NCBI GenBank assembly: GCA_965204535.1
Contig: OZ241996.1
Location: forward strand, 256,001 to 320,000
Source of the DNA: a bacterium
GTDB lineage: Bacteria > UBA8248
DNA: 64,000 bases
Direction of reading: 5' to 3'
Both the position numbers and the translations under genes were made by a program. Positions 27,953 to 37,384 of the stretch are shown here, piece after piece. The notes below the pieces were generated by a model, which was not told where the DNA came from, searched no databases, and was given only the letters and a program-made list of their open reading frames with translations. Numbering within the stretch: the first letter of the stretch is position 1; every line of letters starts with the position of its first letter.

Positions 27953-29083
27953 ATGCACATCAGACCTTTGAAAGGGCGCCCGGCCCGCAGGGTGCGGATT
28001 GCATCGAGAATGTTCCGGGCGTGTGGCGTCGCCGTTCTGCTCGCCTGCGCGGTCGCAATCGGGCTGCCCCCGCCGGCCAATGCTACAGCGGGGAAGGACT
28101 ACCGCCTGAGCGGCCCCTACACGCAGAACAATCTCTCCATCTATCTGATCCACCGCGAGGGCCGAAGCGAAGGCCCCGCGCCGATCACCCTGGGCGAGGC
28201 GATGAGGCGGGGCCTCGTCAAGGTCGTCGAAACCGGCAGCGTCAGCCGCCTCAAGGTCCGCAACCTGGGGGATCGCGAGGTCTTCATCCAGTCGGGCGAC
28301 ATCGTCAAGGGCGGCAAGCAGGACCGCGTCCTGCTCACCAGCCTGATCGTCCCCCCGAAGTCGGGCTACATCCCCATCGGCGCCTTTTGCGTGGAGCAGG
28401 GCAGGTGGGCCAGGCGCGGCCTGGAGAATGTAATGGCGTTTTCGACCTCCGCATACCGCATGCCTTCCAGGGCCGGCAAGATTGCGATGATGAAAAGCAT
28501 GGGCTACGAGACCGCTCCCGAAGCCGTTTGGAGCGGAAGGTTGGGGAGGATACGGCGGCGGAGAGGCGCATCCCTTCAGGGCGAAGTGTGGCGCTCGGTC
28601 GGGATGATACAGCAGGGGTTGGGCCGGGCCGTGCGGGCGCAAGTCGCCGACGAACGCTCGCGATCGAGCCTTCAGTTGTCATTGGAGAACAAGCGCCTCG
28701 CCTCGGCCCTCGTGGGCTATGAGAAAGCCCTGGGTGGACTGTCGGCAAAGCATCCGGATGCCGTGGGCTATGTCTTCGCGGTGAACGGCAGGATCAACAG
28801 CGGCGATGAATTCGAGAGCACCGGCCTGTTCCGCAAGCTGTGGCAGCGGCAACTCAAGGCGGCGGCGACGGAGGCCATTGCCGAAAAAGGCGCGCCCAAG
28901 CGCATACGGCCGACGCTTGCCGAGGTCGCCGCGTTCATCGATTCCGCGCGCGCCGCGAAGCCCGCTTTGAGAGCGATGCCGGGAGGCTTGAACCTGGAGA
29001 CGCGCAAGGCGAGCGAGTCGTTCTACATGGAAGTCCGGCGCGGGAACGACCGCTGGGTGCACCGGAACTTCGTCGCCCGCTAA
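27953..29083 (+). CDS. Secreted ARPP-1/DUF6569-like protein
   Basis: Signal peptide; NLSIYLI, ETGSVSRLKVRN, GDIVKGGKQDRVL, FCVEQGRW, QGEVW, GYVFAVNGRI; RBS GGAGGG. Confidence 0.75.
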   Translation: MHIRPLKGRPARRVRIASRMFRACGVAVLLACAVAIGLPPPANATAGKDYRLSGPYTQNNLSIYLIHREGRSEGPAPITLGEAMRRGLVKVVETGSVSRLKVRNLGDREVFIQSGDIVKGGKQDRVLLTSLIVPPKSGYIPIGAFCVEQGRWARRGLENVMAFSTSAYRMPSRAGKIAMMKSMGYETAPEAVWSGRLGRIRRRRGASLQGEVWRSVGMIQQGLGRAVRAQVADERSRSSLQLSLENKRLASALVGYEKALGGLSAKHPDAVGYVFAVNGRINSGDEFESTGLFRKLWQRQLKAAATEAIAEKGAPKRIRPTLAEVAAFIDSARAAKPALRAMPGGLNLETRKASESFYMEVRRGNDRWVHRNFVAR

Positions 29084-29138
29084 ACCGGCGCCCGCCGACC
29101 CGGTCGGGCGGGCGGGGCTTGCCCTGGATACAGGAAAT

Positions 29139-29286
29139 GCCGGTCGGGGTGTTCTTAGGCGGCACGCCCCGACCGGCCGGCACGAGGAGTGCTGATTGGG
29201 TCGGCGCTCCTCCGCCACGCAATCATCCATCTCGCATCTACCCCCTGCGAGAGCCTCCTCCCGGAGACAGGAGGAGGTTTTTCTTT
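29139..29286 (+). ncRNA. Putative structured small RNA, copy B
   Basis: Near-identical to 23644-23791, with compensatory changes in stem 1. Confidence 0.7.
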
Positions 29287-29435
29287 CGGGTGAAGCGCCC
29301 CGCACGCGCTGCGGGACGTTTCTGCGTCGACGGCTGGGAGTGAATCCCGACCTTCGAGATTTTTCCGCAGGGACAGGTCGTGCCCCGTTCCTGCAATCTC
29401 TCATCACGCATCCGACTCTCATGGGGAATGCTCTT

Positions 29436-29506
29436 GTAGGGGCCGCATATTATGCGGCCCTGACTTTCATCGACAAAACACGGGTCGCATAATATGCGAC
29501 CCCTAC
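29436..29506. repeat. Inverted GTAG REP doublet (REPIN-like)
   Basis: GTAGGGGCCGCATATTATGCGGCCC ... GGGTCGCATAATATGCGACCCCTAC. Confidence 0.75.
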
Positions 29507-29699
29507 AAACACCCTGCAAAGGACAATGTGCGCAAAGGCGGCGAGCGCGCCGCCGGCCCCTCCCCCTCGCGGGGGGTTTTGGGCAATCCCAGGGAGGGAG
29601 GGCTTGCTCCGAGCGGATAAGCAAGGCCTGCCGTATCGCATCTTCTTGTCTTTCCCTGTAGGATGCGCGCGAAGCCCGCCCATTCGTAGAGACGTGCGC

Positions 29700-31529
29700 A
29701 TGCTCTCGACTCTGGACTGGTCGCTCATTCTCGGCTACATCGTTTTCGCCTTGATCGTCGGTGTTCTCACCTCACGAGTGGCGTCTAAGAGCCTGGCTTC
29801 ATATTTCGTGGCCGGGCGCAGCCTGCCCTGGTGGTGGATAGGCACCTCGATGGTGGCGACCACGTTCGCCTCGGACACCCCCCTCGTCGTGGCCGGCATC
29901 GTCGCCAAGCGCGGGATTTCGGGAAACTGGTTCTGGTGGGCGTGGGTCATCGGGAACGTGGGCGTCGCGGTCTTCTTCGCCCCTCTTTGGCGGCGCGCGG
30001 GCGTGGTGACCGACGCCGAACTCATCGAACTGCGCTACGGGAGCGGCCCCGGCGCATTCCTGCGCGGCTTCAAGGCCGTCTATTCCTCCCTCATCGTGAA
30101 CCTGATCGTCCTGGGCTGGGTGTTCCGCGCCATGGCGAAGATCGCCGAGCCCTTCTTGAGATGGGAGGAGATTCTGCCCCAAAACCTGTGGACGGCCGTC
30201 GAGGCGTACTGGCCCGCGGTCCTCACGATGGGAAGCGTGAACGAAAGCGTAACGGTCGCCCTGCTCGTCTTGATGATAGCGGCGTATGCGAGCGCGGGCG
30301 GGATCCGCGGCGTCATGCTCACCGACCTGTTCCAGTTCGTCATCGCGATGGCTGGCAGTTGCCTGTTCGCGTGGTACGCCGTCGAAGCCGTGGGCGGGCT
30401 CTCGGGCATGAGCGCGAAGCTGGGCGAGATTTACGGCGCGGAGGGCGCGGCGAACATCACCTCCTTCTTCCCGCCCGAGGGCGCGGGATGGGCGGGGGCG
30501 CAGGTGATCCTCATCTATCTGTTCGTGGTCTGGTGGGCGCACAACAACGCCGACGGCGGGGGCTACATCGGCCAGAGGCTGTGCTCGGCGCGCTCGCCGA
30601 GGGACGCCCAGGCGGGCGCTTTCCTCTTCACGGTCGGGAACTACGTCCTGAGGCCCTGGCCGTGGATACTCATCGGCCTGGTGAGCCTGATCCTCGTGCC
30701 CAAGGGGGTGGACGTTCTCCCAGGTTCCATGGAGGCGAAAATTCTCGCCGACCGCGAGGCGGCCTATCCCCTCCTGATGGAGAAACTTCTGCCGGCGGGG
30801 GTTCTCGGCCTTGTGCTCGTGGGTCTTTTGGGTGCGTTCATGAGCACGGTGGACACGCACCTGAACTGGGGGATGAGCTATCTCGTGAACGACGTATATG
30901 CGCGCTTCATCAGAAAAGGAGCGGGCGCGCGCGAAGTCGTCTTCGTGAGCCGGCTGGGCGTGTTGATCATGGCGCTCGGCGCTTTCGCCGTGGCGGGGCA
31001 AATCAAAAGCATCGAGGTGGCGTGGAAGTTCCACATCTCGCTCGGTGCGGGGCTGGGGCTTCCGGTGATCCTGCGCTGGCTGTGGTGGCGCGCGAACGCC
31101 TGGACGGAGATTGCAGGAATGCTGGCCGCGGGCGCGACCGCCCTCTATCTCCACTGGGATGGGGAGCCGCCCGCATTTCCCGTATTGCTGGCCGCGGAGG
31201 TGGGCGTCGGCTTCGCGGCGATGCTGATAGTCACCTTCATCACGAGGCCCGCGAGGCCGGATGTTTTAAGGAACTTCTGGATAAGCGTGCGCCCGCCGGG
31301 CGCATGGGGGCGGGTGCGCGGGCCGGATGCGCGTTCGGCGCCCGTATCGGCGCTCGCGGGTCTGTGGCTGGCTTTAAGCGTATTCGTCTTCGCCTTGATG
31401 TTCCTGGTCGGGGCGCTGCTCGTGGGCACCTGGACGCAGGCGGGCGGGCTCGCGCTCCTGGCGGGGTTCTCCCTCTGCACGGCGTGGTGGATCGACCGGA
31501 GGTATCGCTACGGCATTTTGTTCGTGTAG
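29700..31529 (+). CDS. Sodium:solute symporter (SSS) family protein
   Basis: YFVAGRSLPWW, SMVATTFASDTP, TDLFQF, AFMSTVDTHLNWG; 13 or more TM. Confidence 0.92.
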   Translation: MLSTLDWSLILGYIVFALIVGVLTSRVASKSLASYFVAGRSLPWWWIGTSMVATTFASDTPLVVAGIVAKRGISGNWFWWAWVIGNVGVAVFFAPLWRRAGVVTDAELIELRYGSGPGAFLRGFKAVYSSLIVNLIVLGWVFRAMAKIAEPFLRWEEILPQNLWTAVEAYWPAVLTMGSVNESVTVALLVLMIAAYASAGGIRGVMLTDLFQFVIAMAGSCLFAWYAVEAVGGLSGMSAKLGEIYGAEGAANITSFFPPEGAGWAGAQVILIYLFVVWWAHNNADGGGYIGQRLCSARSPRDAQAGAFLFTVGNYVLRPWPWILIGLVSLILVPKGVDVLPGSMEAKILADREAAYPLLMEKLLPAGVLGLVLVGLLGAFMSTVDTHLNWGMSYLVNDVYARFIRKGAGAREVVFVSRLGVLIMALGAFAVAGQIKSIEVAWKFHISLGAGLGLPVILRWLWWRANAWTEIAGMLAAGATALYLHWDGEPPAFPVLLAAEVGVGFAAMLIVTFITRPARPDVLRNFWISVRPPGAWGRVRGPDARSAPVSALAGLWLALSVFVFALMFLVGALLVGTWTQAGGLALLAGFSLCTAWWIDRRYRYGILFV

Positions 31530-31564
31530 GTAAATCTTGTGTTTGAAGAGAAATTGAGCCTACC

Positions 31565-31636
31565 GTAGGGACAACCCCCTGTGGTTGTCCTTCTTTATGA
31601 TTTGCGAAAAGGACAGGCACGGGGGCCTGTCCCTAC
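31565..31636. repeat. GTAG REP doublet (direct copy at 32067-32140; related copy at 20161-20230)
   Basis: GTAGGGACAACCCCCTGTGGTTGTCC...GGACAGGCACGGGGGCCTGTCCCTAC. Confidence 0.8.
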
Positions 31637-31790
31637 AGAATTCACGTTTGAACCCATGGCCGGGATATGGGATAAAATGGTTTTGTGATGCCGCCTATGC
31701 GTCAAGGTCATCGGCAAGTGGGGGAAGTTGTCACGGCCGCTTTCGGACGGCGGAGAGAGAATCCCTGCTTCGGGATGGGGGGATGGAACA

Positions 31791-31952
31791 ATGGAAAGCA
31801 ACATCTGGATAGGCTTCATCGTGGTCGTCATCACGATCGTCGGTTCCCACACATGGCTTCACAGGGACATCGCCGAACTCCGGGAACGCATGGCGAAACT
31901 GGAAGGGACGTTCGAGGGCTTCATGACCTCGCAGCGCAAATCTGCGGACTAG
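31791..31952 (+). CDS. Small TM plus coiled-coil protein (53 aa)
   Basis: MESNIWIGFIVVVITIVGSHTWLHRDIAELRERMAKLEGTFEGF... Confidence 0.65.
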   Translation: MESNIWIGFIVVVITIVGSHTWLHRDIAELRERMAKLEGTFEGFMTSQRKSAD

Positions 31953-32017
31953 CCGGTTCTTCAACCAGCAATCACCGTTTTCATCTCAAATTATGGAAAT
32001 CTAGGTGCAACAAGGTG

Positions 32018-32183
32018 GTAGGGACAGGTCGCGACCTGTCCCTACGGGGCGAACGGAGCCTGGATCGTAGGGACAACCCCCTGTGGTTGTCCTTCTTTGT
32101 GATGCTTACGACACGGACAGGCACGGGGGCCTGTCCCTACGCCATTCATCCTCGATGCGGGCGGACACATGGGTCCGCCCCTA
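32018..32183. repeat. Cluster of GTAG REPs
   Basis: 32018-32045, 32067-32140 and GGGCGGAC-ACATGG-GTCCGCCCCTA. Confidence 0.75.
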
Positions 32184-32207
32184 AGAAACCGTTGCCCTGC
32201 GAACTCT

Positions 32208-32684
32208 CTACTCGTCCACCTCCTCGAACTCTGCCGTATACTCCACCTGAATCCCCCGCTGAACGCTCTGGCTCGCCGGGCAGCCCTTCTCGTGCACGGC
32301 GAGGGCGCGCTCTGCGTCTTCTCGCTTTCCCCTGGGGATTCGGCACTTGTAATTGACCTTGATCTTCGTGACCAGGGCCATGCCGTCCACGTTCTCGATG
32401 ATGCCTTCCACTTCCGCCACGAGGTTGTCGGGGCTGCTCTTTATCCCGCGCGCATCCAGCGCGCCTCCCATGTTGCCCGTCAGTCAGCCGGCGACGGCGG
32501 CCGCCAGGTGATCCAGCGTGGCCGGACGCTCTTCCTCGGGTTCCGCCTTGTAGAAGTTCTTGATGCCCCCGTGGATGCCGTAGGGAATCGGCTCGTCCGG
32601 GAAGGCGTCGAGATAGCCCGTTTTCATTCCCCTGCCGGGCTCCTTGACGATGCGGGCCTTGGTGACGTGAATGACTTCGCCCAT
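32208..32684 (-). CDS. OsmC-like protein with in-frame UGA, probable selenoprotein (158 aa)
   Basis: ORFs 32484-32684 and 32208-32471 are in the same frame, joined by GGC-TGA-CTG-ACG-GGC-AAC-ATG: DHLAAAVAG-U-LTGNMGGAL...KGCPASQSV. UGA sits at the OsmC peroxidatic Cys position. Confidence 0.8.
32440..32483 (-). promoter_or_regulatory. Candidate bacterial SECIS element
   Basis: GCGCGC-TGGAT-GCGCGC hairpin with G-containing loop about 25 nt 3' of the UGA. Confidence 0.6.
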
Positions 32685-32783
32685 GTCGGTCTCCTTGTTG
32701 AAATGGGGTTTCGAAAAATTTCCTGAATGATTAGAAGCTCAAGGGTAGCACCCTCATGAGGCGAGGGGAACTCTCCCCCGGCT

Positions 32784-33692
32784 TTACGTGATGACGACGA
32801 TGGTGCCCGCCACGGTCAGGAGCGCGCCGAGGACGAGCCGGGGCGTGATGTTTTCCATCTCGCGCAGGAAAAGCCAGCCCAGCACCAGGACGATGAGCGG
32901 CTGGGCGGAGATGATGGCCGTCACGCGCACGGCCAGCGTGTGGACGAACGCGAAGTTATAGAACGGAACGGCGATCGTCTGGCAGACGGCTGCGGCGAAA
33001 ATCCACCTCCAGGCCGAGGCGGGGATGGGGCCGCGCGATTCCTCGCCCCTGTCGAGCGCCATCAGCAGCGACGCCGTGGCGGCCCCTACCCAGAGCGCTA
33101 TCGCGGCGGTGGCGAGCGGGTGTAGGTTCAGGGACGCTTTTTTGAAGAAAACCGCGGCCACGCCCCAGAGCAGCGAGGTGACCCCGGCGGAAATCCAGCC
33201 GAACAGCTTCCACCGCGCGCCGTGGGCTTCGGCTTCCGCCTCCCGGGATGGTTCGGCCTGAACGATGAGGGTGATGCCGATGAGGAGGATCGCGAGGCCG
33301 GTGAAGATGGAGATCGTCGGCGTCTCCCCGAGCATGAACGAAGCCCCCACGGCCGTTATGGCGGGGTACGTCAACGCGATGGGGATGGAGCGGTTCGGCC
33401 CGATGCGGTGGATGGCGCGGTAATAGAAGGTGCGCGATATGCCGATGTGGAAAAAACCCGCGAGGAAGGCGAACACAAGAGTGGCTGTCGTGACGCCCTG
33501 AAAATCGTCTTTCGAGATGAGGCCGATGGCGATGAGCGTCACGAGAGCCGCGTTCACGCTCGTCATGACGGCGGTGACCTTGAGGACGGGCGCGTTCATG
33601 AGCGCGCGCTTGATGAAATAGACGAACACCGCCCATGCGGCCGAGGCTACCGAGGCCAGAAGCACGCCGTAGGCGTTCGATTCGGGGTTCAT
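32784..33692 (-). CDS. DMT/EamA family transporter
   Basis: 10 TM in two EamA repeats. Confidence 0.88.
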   Translation of the reverse strand: MNPESNAYGVLLASVASAAWAVFVYFIKRALMNAPVLKVTAVMTSVNAALVTLIAIGLISKDDFQGVTTATLVFAFLAGFFHIGISRTFYYRAIHRIGPNRSIPIALTYPAITAVGASFMLGETPTISIFTGLAILLIGITLIVQAEPSREAEAEAHGARWKLFGWISAGVTSLLWGVAAVFFKKASLNLHPLATAAIALWVGAATASLLMALDRGEESRGPIPASAWRWIFAAAVCQTIAVPFYNFAFVHTLAVRVTAIISAQPLIVLVLGWLFLREMENITPRLVLGALLTVAGTIVVIT

Positions 33693-33754
33693 CTCGGCTT
33701 ACCGCGCGGGCGGATGCGCCGCGCGTCGAGACCTTCGGAACGTGGCCAAAGGGG

Positions 33755-34378
33755 TTATTTGTCGGTATTGATGCAGAGCACCGCGCGCCAGTAGTCAAAG
33801 ATGTTCACGCGCTCCTGGCGTTCGAGAGTCAGGTTGTTCGCCTCGAGCAGGGGTTCGAGGTCCAGAGTGGTCTCCCATCCGAATTTCTTGCAGACCCCGT
33901 TGATGAGTTCTTCGAACTTGGCCAGCAGAAGTTTCTGGCTCTTGAAATGGTTGATGAAGACGATGCGCCCGCCCGGCTTGCACACGCGGCAGATCTCCGA
34001 GACGACCTTGTGCGGGTCGGGGGCGGCGCTCACCACATAGCAGGCGGTGACGCAGTCGAAGGTGTTGTCCGCATACGCCATGTTCTGCGCGTCCATCACG
34101 GAGAGTTCGACGTTTTGAAGGCGCATCTTCTCGACCTTCTCCTTCGCCTTCTCGAGCATTTTCGAAGAGAGGTCGATGGCGATGATCTCCGACGTCGACG
34201 GGTAGAGCGGCAGGGAGAGACCCGTGCCCACGCCCACTTCGAGCAGTTTCTCGCCCGGCTGGAGGTCGAGCAGGTCGACGCCGACGTTCCTGCCTTCACT
34301 GAACACGTGCTTGAAGACCAGGTCGTAGAATTTCCCCCAGCGATCGTATATCTTGATGACAGCGTCCGGCGATTCCAC
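33755..34378 (-). CDS. Class I SAM methyltransferase, PmtA (phospholipid N-methyltransferase)-like
   Basis: YDRWGKFYDLVF, LEVGVGTGLSL, RVCKPGGRIVFINHF; likely GTG start. Confidence 0.85.
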   Translation of the reverse strand: MESPDAVIKIYDRWGKFYDLVFKHVFSEGRNVGVDLLDLQPGEKLLEVGVGTGLSLPLYPSTSEIIAIDLSSKMLEKAKEKVEKMRLQNVELSVMDAQNMAYADNTFDCVTACYVVSAAPDPHKVVSEICRVCKPGGRIVFINHFKSQKLLLAKFEELINGVCKKFGWETTLDLEPLLEANNLTLERQERVNIFDYWRAVLCINTDK

Positions 34379-34591
34379 TTTGCACCCCTCTATAAAGCTC
34401 CCGCGCTCGCAACTGCACGCGAATCCGGTGGGCGACGGGCATACCAACCGCGAATGTATCCGGCATACTTCCCGGATTGAACCAATTCTCTTCCTTCCAT
34501 CCTTCCAACTTCGGAAGATATGCCATATTGTAAGAAAAAATAAAAATTTTTTCCAGACCAATCGGCAATGGTGATTACGGGGGAACAGGAC

Positions 34592-35377
34592 ATGGCGTGG
34601 GAGACAATCGGTTTCGAGCAAGAGGGGGGCTTGGCCCTCGTGCGGCTCAATCGCCCCGAGGCGCTGAACGCGCTCGACCGGCAGATGGCGAAAGACTTAT
34701 ACGAGGTGTGCGAGCGATGCAGCGAGCCCGACATCCGCGCGATGGTTCTGAGCGGGGCGGGGCGCGCCTTCTGCGCGGGCGGGGACCTGAAGGAGATCGA
34801 GGCGCGCATCCGGGCGGGCGAGCGGATGGAGGAGTTCCTCTGGCCGGATTATCAAAAAGCGCTGGCGAAACTCCATGAGGCCCGCTGTCCGACGATAGCC
34901 GCCGTTCACGGTTTCGCCGTAGGCGCGGGATGTGATATCGCTTTGGCCTGCGACATCCGCCTGGCGGGCGCGGGCGCGTCGTTCGGGCAGGTGTACTCCA
35001 GGGTCGGACTCGTCCCCGATTGCGGGGGCACGTTTTTCCTGCCCCGCGTCGTGGGCAGCGCGAAGGCCCTGGAGTTGATTTTGACGGGCGACGTCATCGA
35101 CGCGGAGGCGGCGCTCGCCATCGGCCTCGTCCGCTCGGTTCATCATGACGACGCGCTCATGGAGGAGGCGACAGCACTTGGGCGAAGGCTCGCCGAGGGG
35201 CCTTCGATTGCGCTTCGCGCGGCGAAGAAGCTGATTCGCGCCTCAGGCGGCCTGGATGTGGCGACGGCGCTGCGCGCAGAGGCGAGCGCGCAGGCCGAGA
35301 CGGTCGCCAGCCGGGATTTTCAGGAAGGAATCGCCGCCTTTCTGGAGAAGCGAGAACCCAGGTTCCAGGGCAAGTGA
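34592..35377 (+). CDS. Enoyl-CoA hydratase/isomerase (PaaG-like)
   Basis: LNRPEALNAL, AFCAGGDL, VGAG, GLVPDCG, EKREPRFQGK. Confidence 0.92.
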   Translation: MAWETIGFEQEGGLALVRLNRPEALNALDRQMAKDLYEVCERCSEPDIRAMVLSGAGRAFCAGGDLKEIEARIRAGERMEEFLWPDYQKALAKLHEARCPTIAAVHGFAVGAGCDIALACDIRLAGAGASFGQVYSRVGLVPDCGGTFFLPRVVGSAKALELILTGDVIDAEAALAIGLVRSVHHDDALMEEATALGRRLAEGPSIALRAAKKLIRASGGLDVATALRAEASAQAETVASRDFQEGIAAFLEKREPRFQGK

Positions 35378-35436
35378 ACGAACTCCGGCGATTCGGAACC
35401 GGCGCCGTATAGCCATATAAAGGACGCTTCTCGAGG

Positions 35437-36399
35437 ATGGAAGCATATTTCGCAAGTTTTCCCATCTGGGCGAATCTCATCTTCTTCGCCGCGGGCCTGC
35501 TCATCGTCACGAAAGGCGCCGACTGGTTTACCGACGGCGCGGTGGGAGTCGCCGAAATCACGGGAATTCCCAAGGTAATCATCGGCGCCACCCTGGTGAG
35601 TCTGGCTACGACGGCGCCCGAGTTCAGCGTCTCCGTCATCGCGGCCTGGCTGGACCATCCCGCCACGTCCGTGGGAAACGCGGTCGGCTCCACGGTCTGC
35701 AACATCGGACTCATCCTGGCGGTGGCGTTCCTGCTCGAGCCCGTGTCTCTCGCCCGGGCGGACGTTTTGCCGAAAGGCCTCTTCATGCTGATGATGGGCG
35801 TGTTGCTCCTCACCCTGGGCTGGGACGGAGAAATCGCCCGCGTCGAGGGCGTGGTCTTGTTCGTTTTCGTGCCCGTTTATCTGTGGTTCACCATGAAGCG
35901 GGCCACGTGGACGGATTTCGATATCGGGAGCGCCGTGACGGACCGGGAACAGCAGCATATCGGGCTGCGTTTCATCGCCGGCTCGCTGGCGGTCGTTTTC
36001 GGCAGCGTTCTGCTCGTTCAGAACGCGGTGCATCTCGCCCGCGCCATGGGCGTTCCCGAACTCATCGTCGGCCTTACGCTCGTGGCCGTCGGCACCTCGC
36101 TGCCCGAACTGATCACGGCCGTCTCCGCATCCTTGAGCGGTCATGGGGACATGGCCGTCGGCAACGTGCTGGGGGCGAACGTCCTGAACATCGCATGGGT
36201 GCTGGGCGGGGCGTCTCTCATCGCGCCTTTGGGGATAGAGCATCAATCGTTCGTTCTGGATTTCCCGTTCATGCTCTTGTTGATGCTGATGTTCTTGCTT
36301 CTCGCCTTGTGGAAGCGCGGCATGGGGCGCAGGGCAGGGATCATGTTCCTGACCGGATATGTATGCTACCTGGCGCTCATTTTCGCTTATTTCGTTTGA
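35437..36399 (+). CDS. Ca2+/Na+ antiporter (YrbG-like)
   Basis: Alpha repeats ATTAPE and GTSLPE; GNVLGAN. Confidence 0.93.
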   Translation: MEAYFASFPIWANLIFFAAGLLIVTKGADWFTDGAVGVAEITGIPKVIIGATLVSLATTAPEFSVSVIAAWLDHPATSVGNAVGSTVCNIGLILAVAFLLEPVSLARADVLPKGLFMLMMGVLLLTLGWDGEIARVEGVVLFVFVPVYLWFTMKRATWTDFDIGSAVTDREQQHIGLRFIAGSLAVVFGSVLLVQNAVHLARAMGVPELIVGLTLVAVGTSLPELITAVSASLSGHGDMAVGNVLGANVLNIAWVLGGASLIAPLGIEHQSFVLDFPFMLLLMLMFLLLALWKRGMGRRAGIMFLTGYVCYLALIFAYFV

Positions 36400-36504
36400 A
36401 GACCTTCATACGAAAATTTTAATTTTCGCTCGGCGCCTTTTGCCGGTATATTAAGGGTCGATGGTTCCGGATAGTTCCAGAGGTTCGCAGGGAAAGGGAA
36501 TGAG

Positions 36505-37359
36505 ATGGACATGAAAAAGATATTCGCGTTGATCGCAGCGATTGCATTGTCATGCGGCCTGGGCGCCGAAGGGGCGAGCAGGAAAGGCGGCCCCGCCATG
36601 AAGGAATTGGGCCGAGTCGTCATCGAGGTGAACGAGAAGAAAATCACCCTGGGGGAAATTGAAGCGAGACTCAGACAATTGGCGCCCGCCGTGCGCATCC
36701 GCATCCGCAAGAACAAGGAACGGTTTCTCGAAGGTATCGTACAGGGGGAACTTCTCTACCAGGAAGCGATTCGCCAAAAAATCGACGAATCTCCCGAGAT
36801 CAGCAAAAGGATAGCGCGGTTGAAGCGAAGGCTCGTCATCGAGGAATTCCTGAGGCGTGACGCCGAGACGGCGAGCGCGTCCGAGCAGCAGTTGCGCGAT
36901 TTCTTCCTCGCCAACAAGGAGCGGTTCCGCCGCAGGGAAGCGGTCACCCTCGCCCACATCGTGCTCAAAACCGAACAGGAGGCCTGGGACGCCGTCGCCG
37001 AACTCAGAAAAGGGACGCCTTTCGCGCAGGTGGCGAGGCAGCGCTCGATATTCGAGGGTACGCGCGATGCGGGCGGGATGATGGGAACCGCCGAGCGGGG
37101 CGCATTGGACAAGGCGATTGAGGATGTGGCGTTCAAACTGCCCATCGGCCAGCCGAGCGACCCGATTCGAACGTCCGCCGGCTGGCAGGTGATACGTGTG
37201 CTCGAGCGCGTGGGGGCTGCGGATGCGAAGTATGAAGACGTGAAAGACGACGTAAAGCTCGTTTATTCGGAGATCAAGCGAAACGAGAGGTACGAGGCGC
37301 TGCTCAGGCGCTTGCGCGAGGGAGCGAAAGTCAAGGTTCACGCAGATCGGTTCCAATAG
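36505..37359 (+). CDS. PpiC-type peptidyl-prolyl isomerase (PrsA/SurA-like)
   Basis: Signal peptide; LAHIVL, FAQVARQRS, GGMMG, SDPIRTSAGWQVI. Confidence 0.88.
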   Translation: MDMKKIFALIAAIALSCGLGAEGASRKGGPAMKELGRVVIEVNEKKITLGEIEARLRQLAPAVRIRIRKNKERFLEGIVQGELLYQEAIRQKIDESPEISKRIARLKRRLVIEEFLRRDAETASASEQQLRDFFLANKERFRRREAVTLAHIVLKTEQEAWDAVAELRKGTPFAQVARQRSIFEGTRDAGGMMGTAERGALDKAIEDVAFKLPIGQPSDPIRTSAGWQVIRVLERVGAADAKYEDVKDDVKLVYSEIKRNERYEALLRRLREGAKVKVHADRFQ

Positions 37360-37384
37360 TCCGTCGCACGACCGTCATCGCGTT

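Noticed and set aside
18859-32183. CRISPR array interpretation of the palindromic repeats
   Set aside because: Dispersed, irregular spacing, mixed orientation, no regular spacers, no cas genes.
32208-32684. Two separate small genes or a pseudogene
   Set aside because: Same frame, single TGA exactly at the catalytic Cys column, SECIS-like hairpin; recoding explains it better, though this is unproven.
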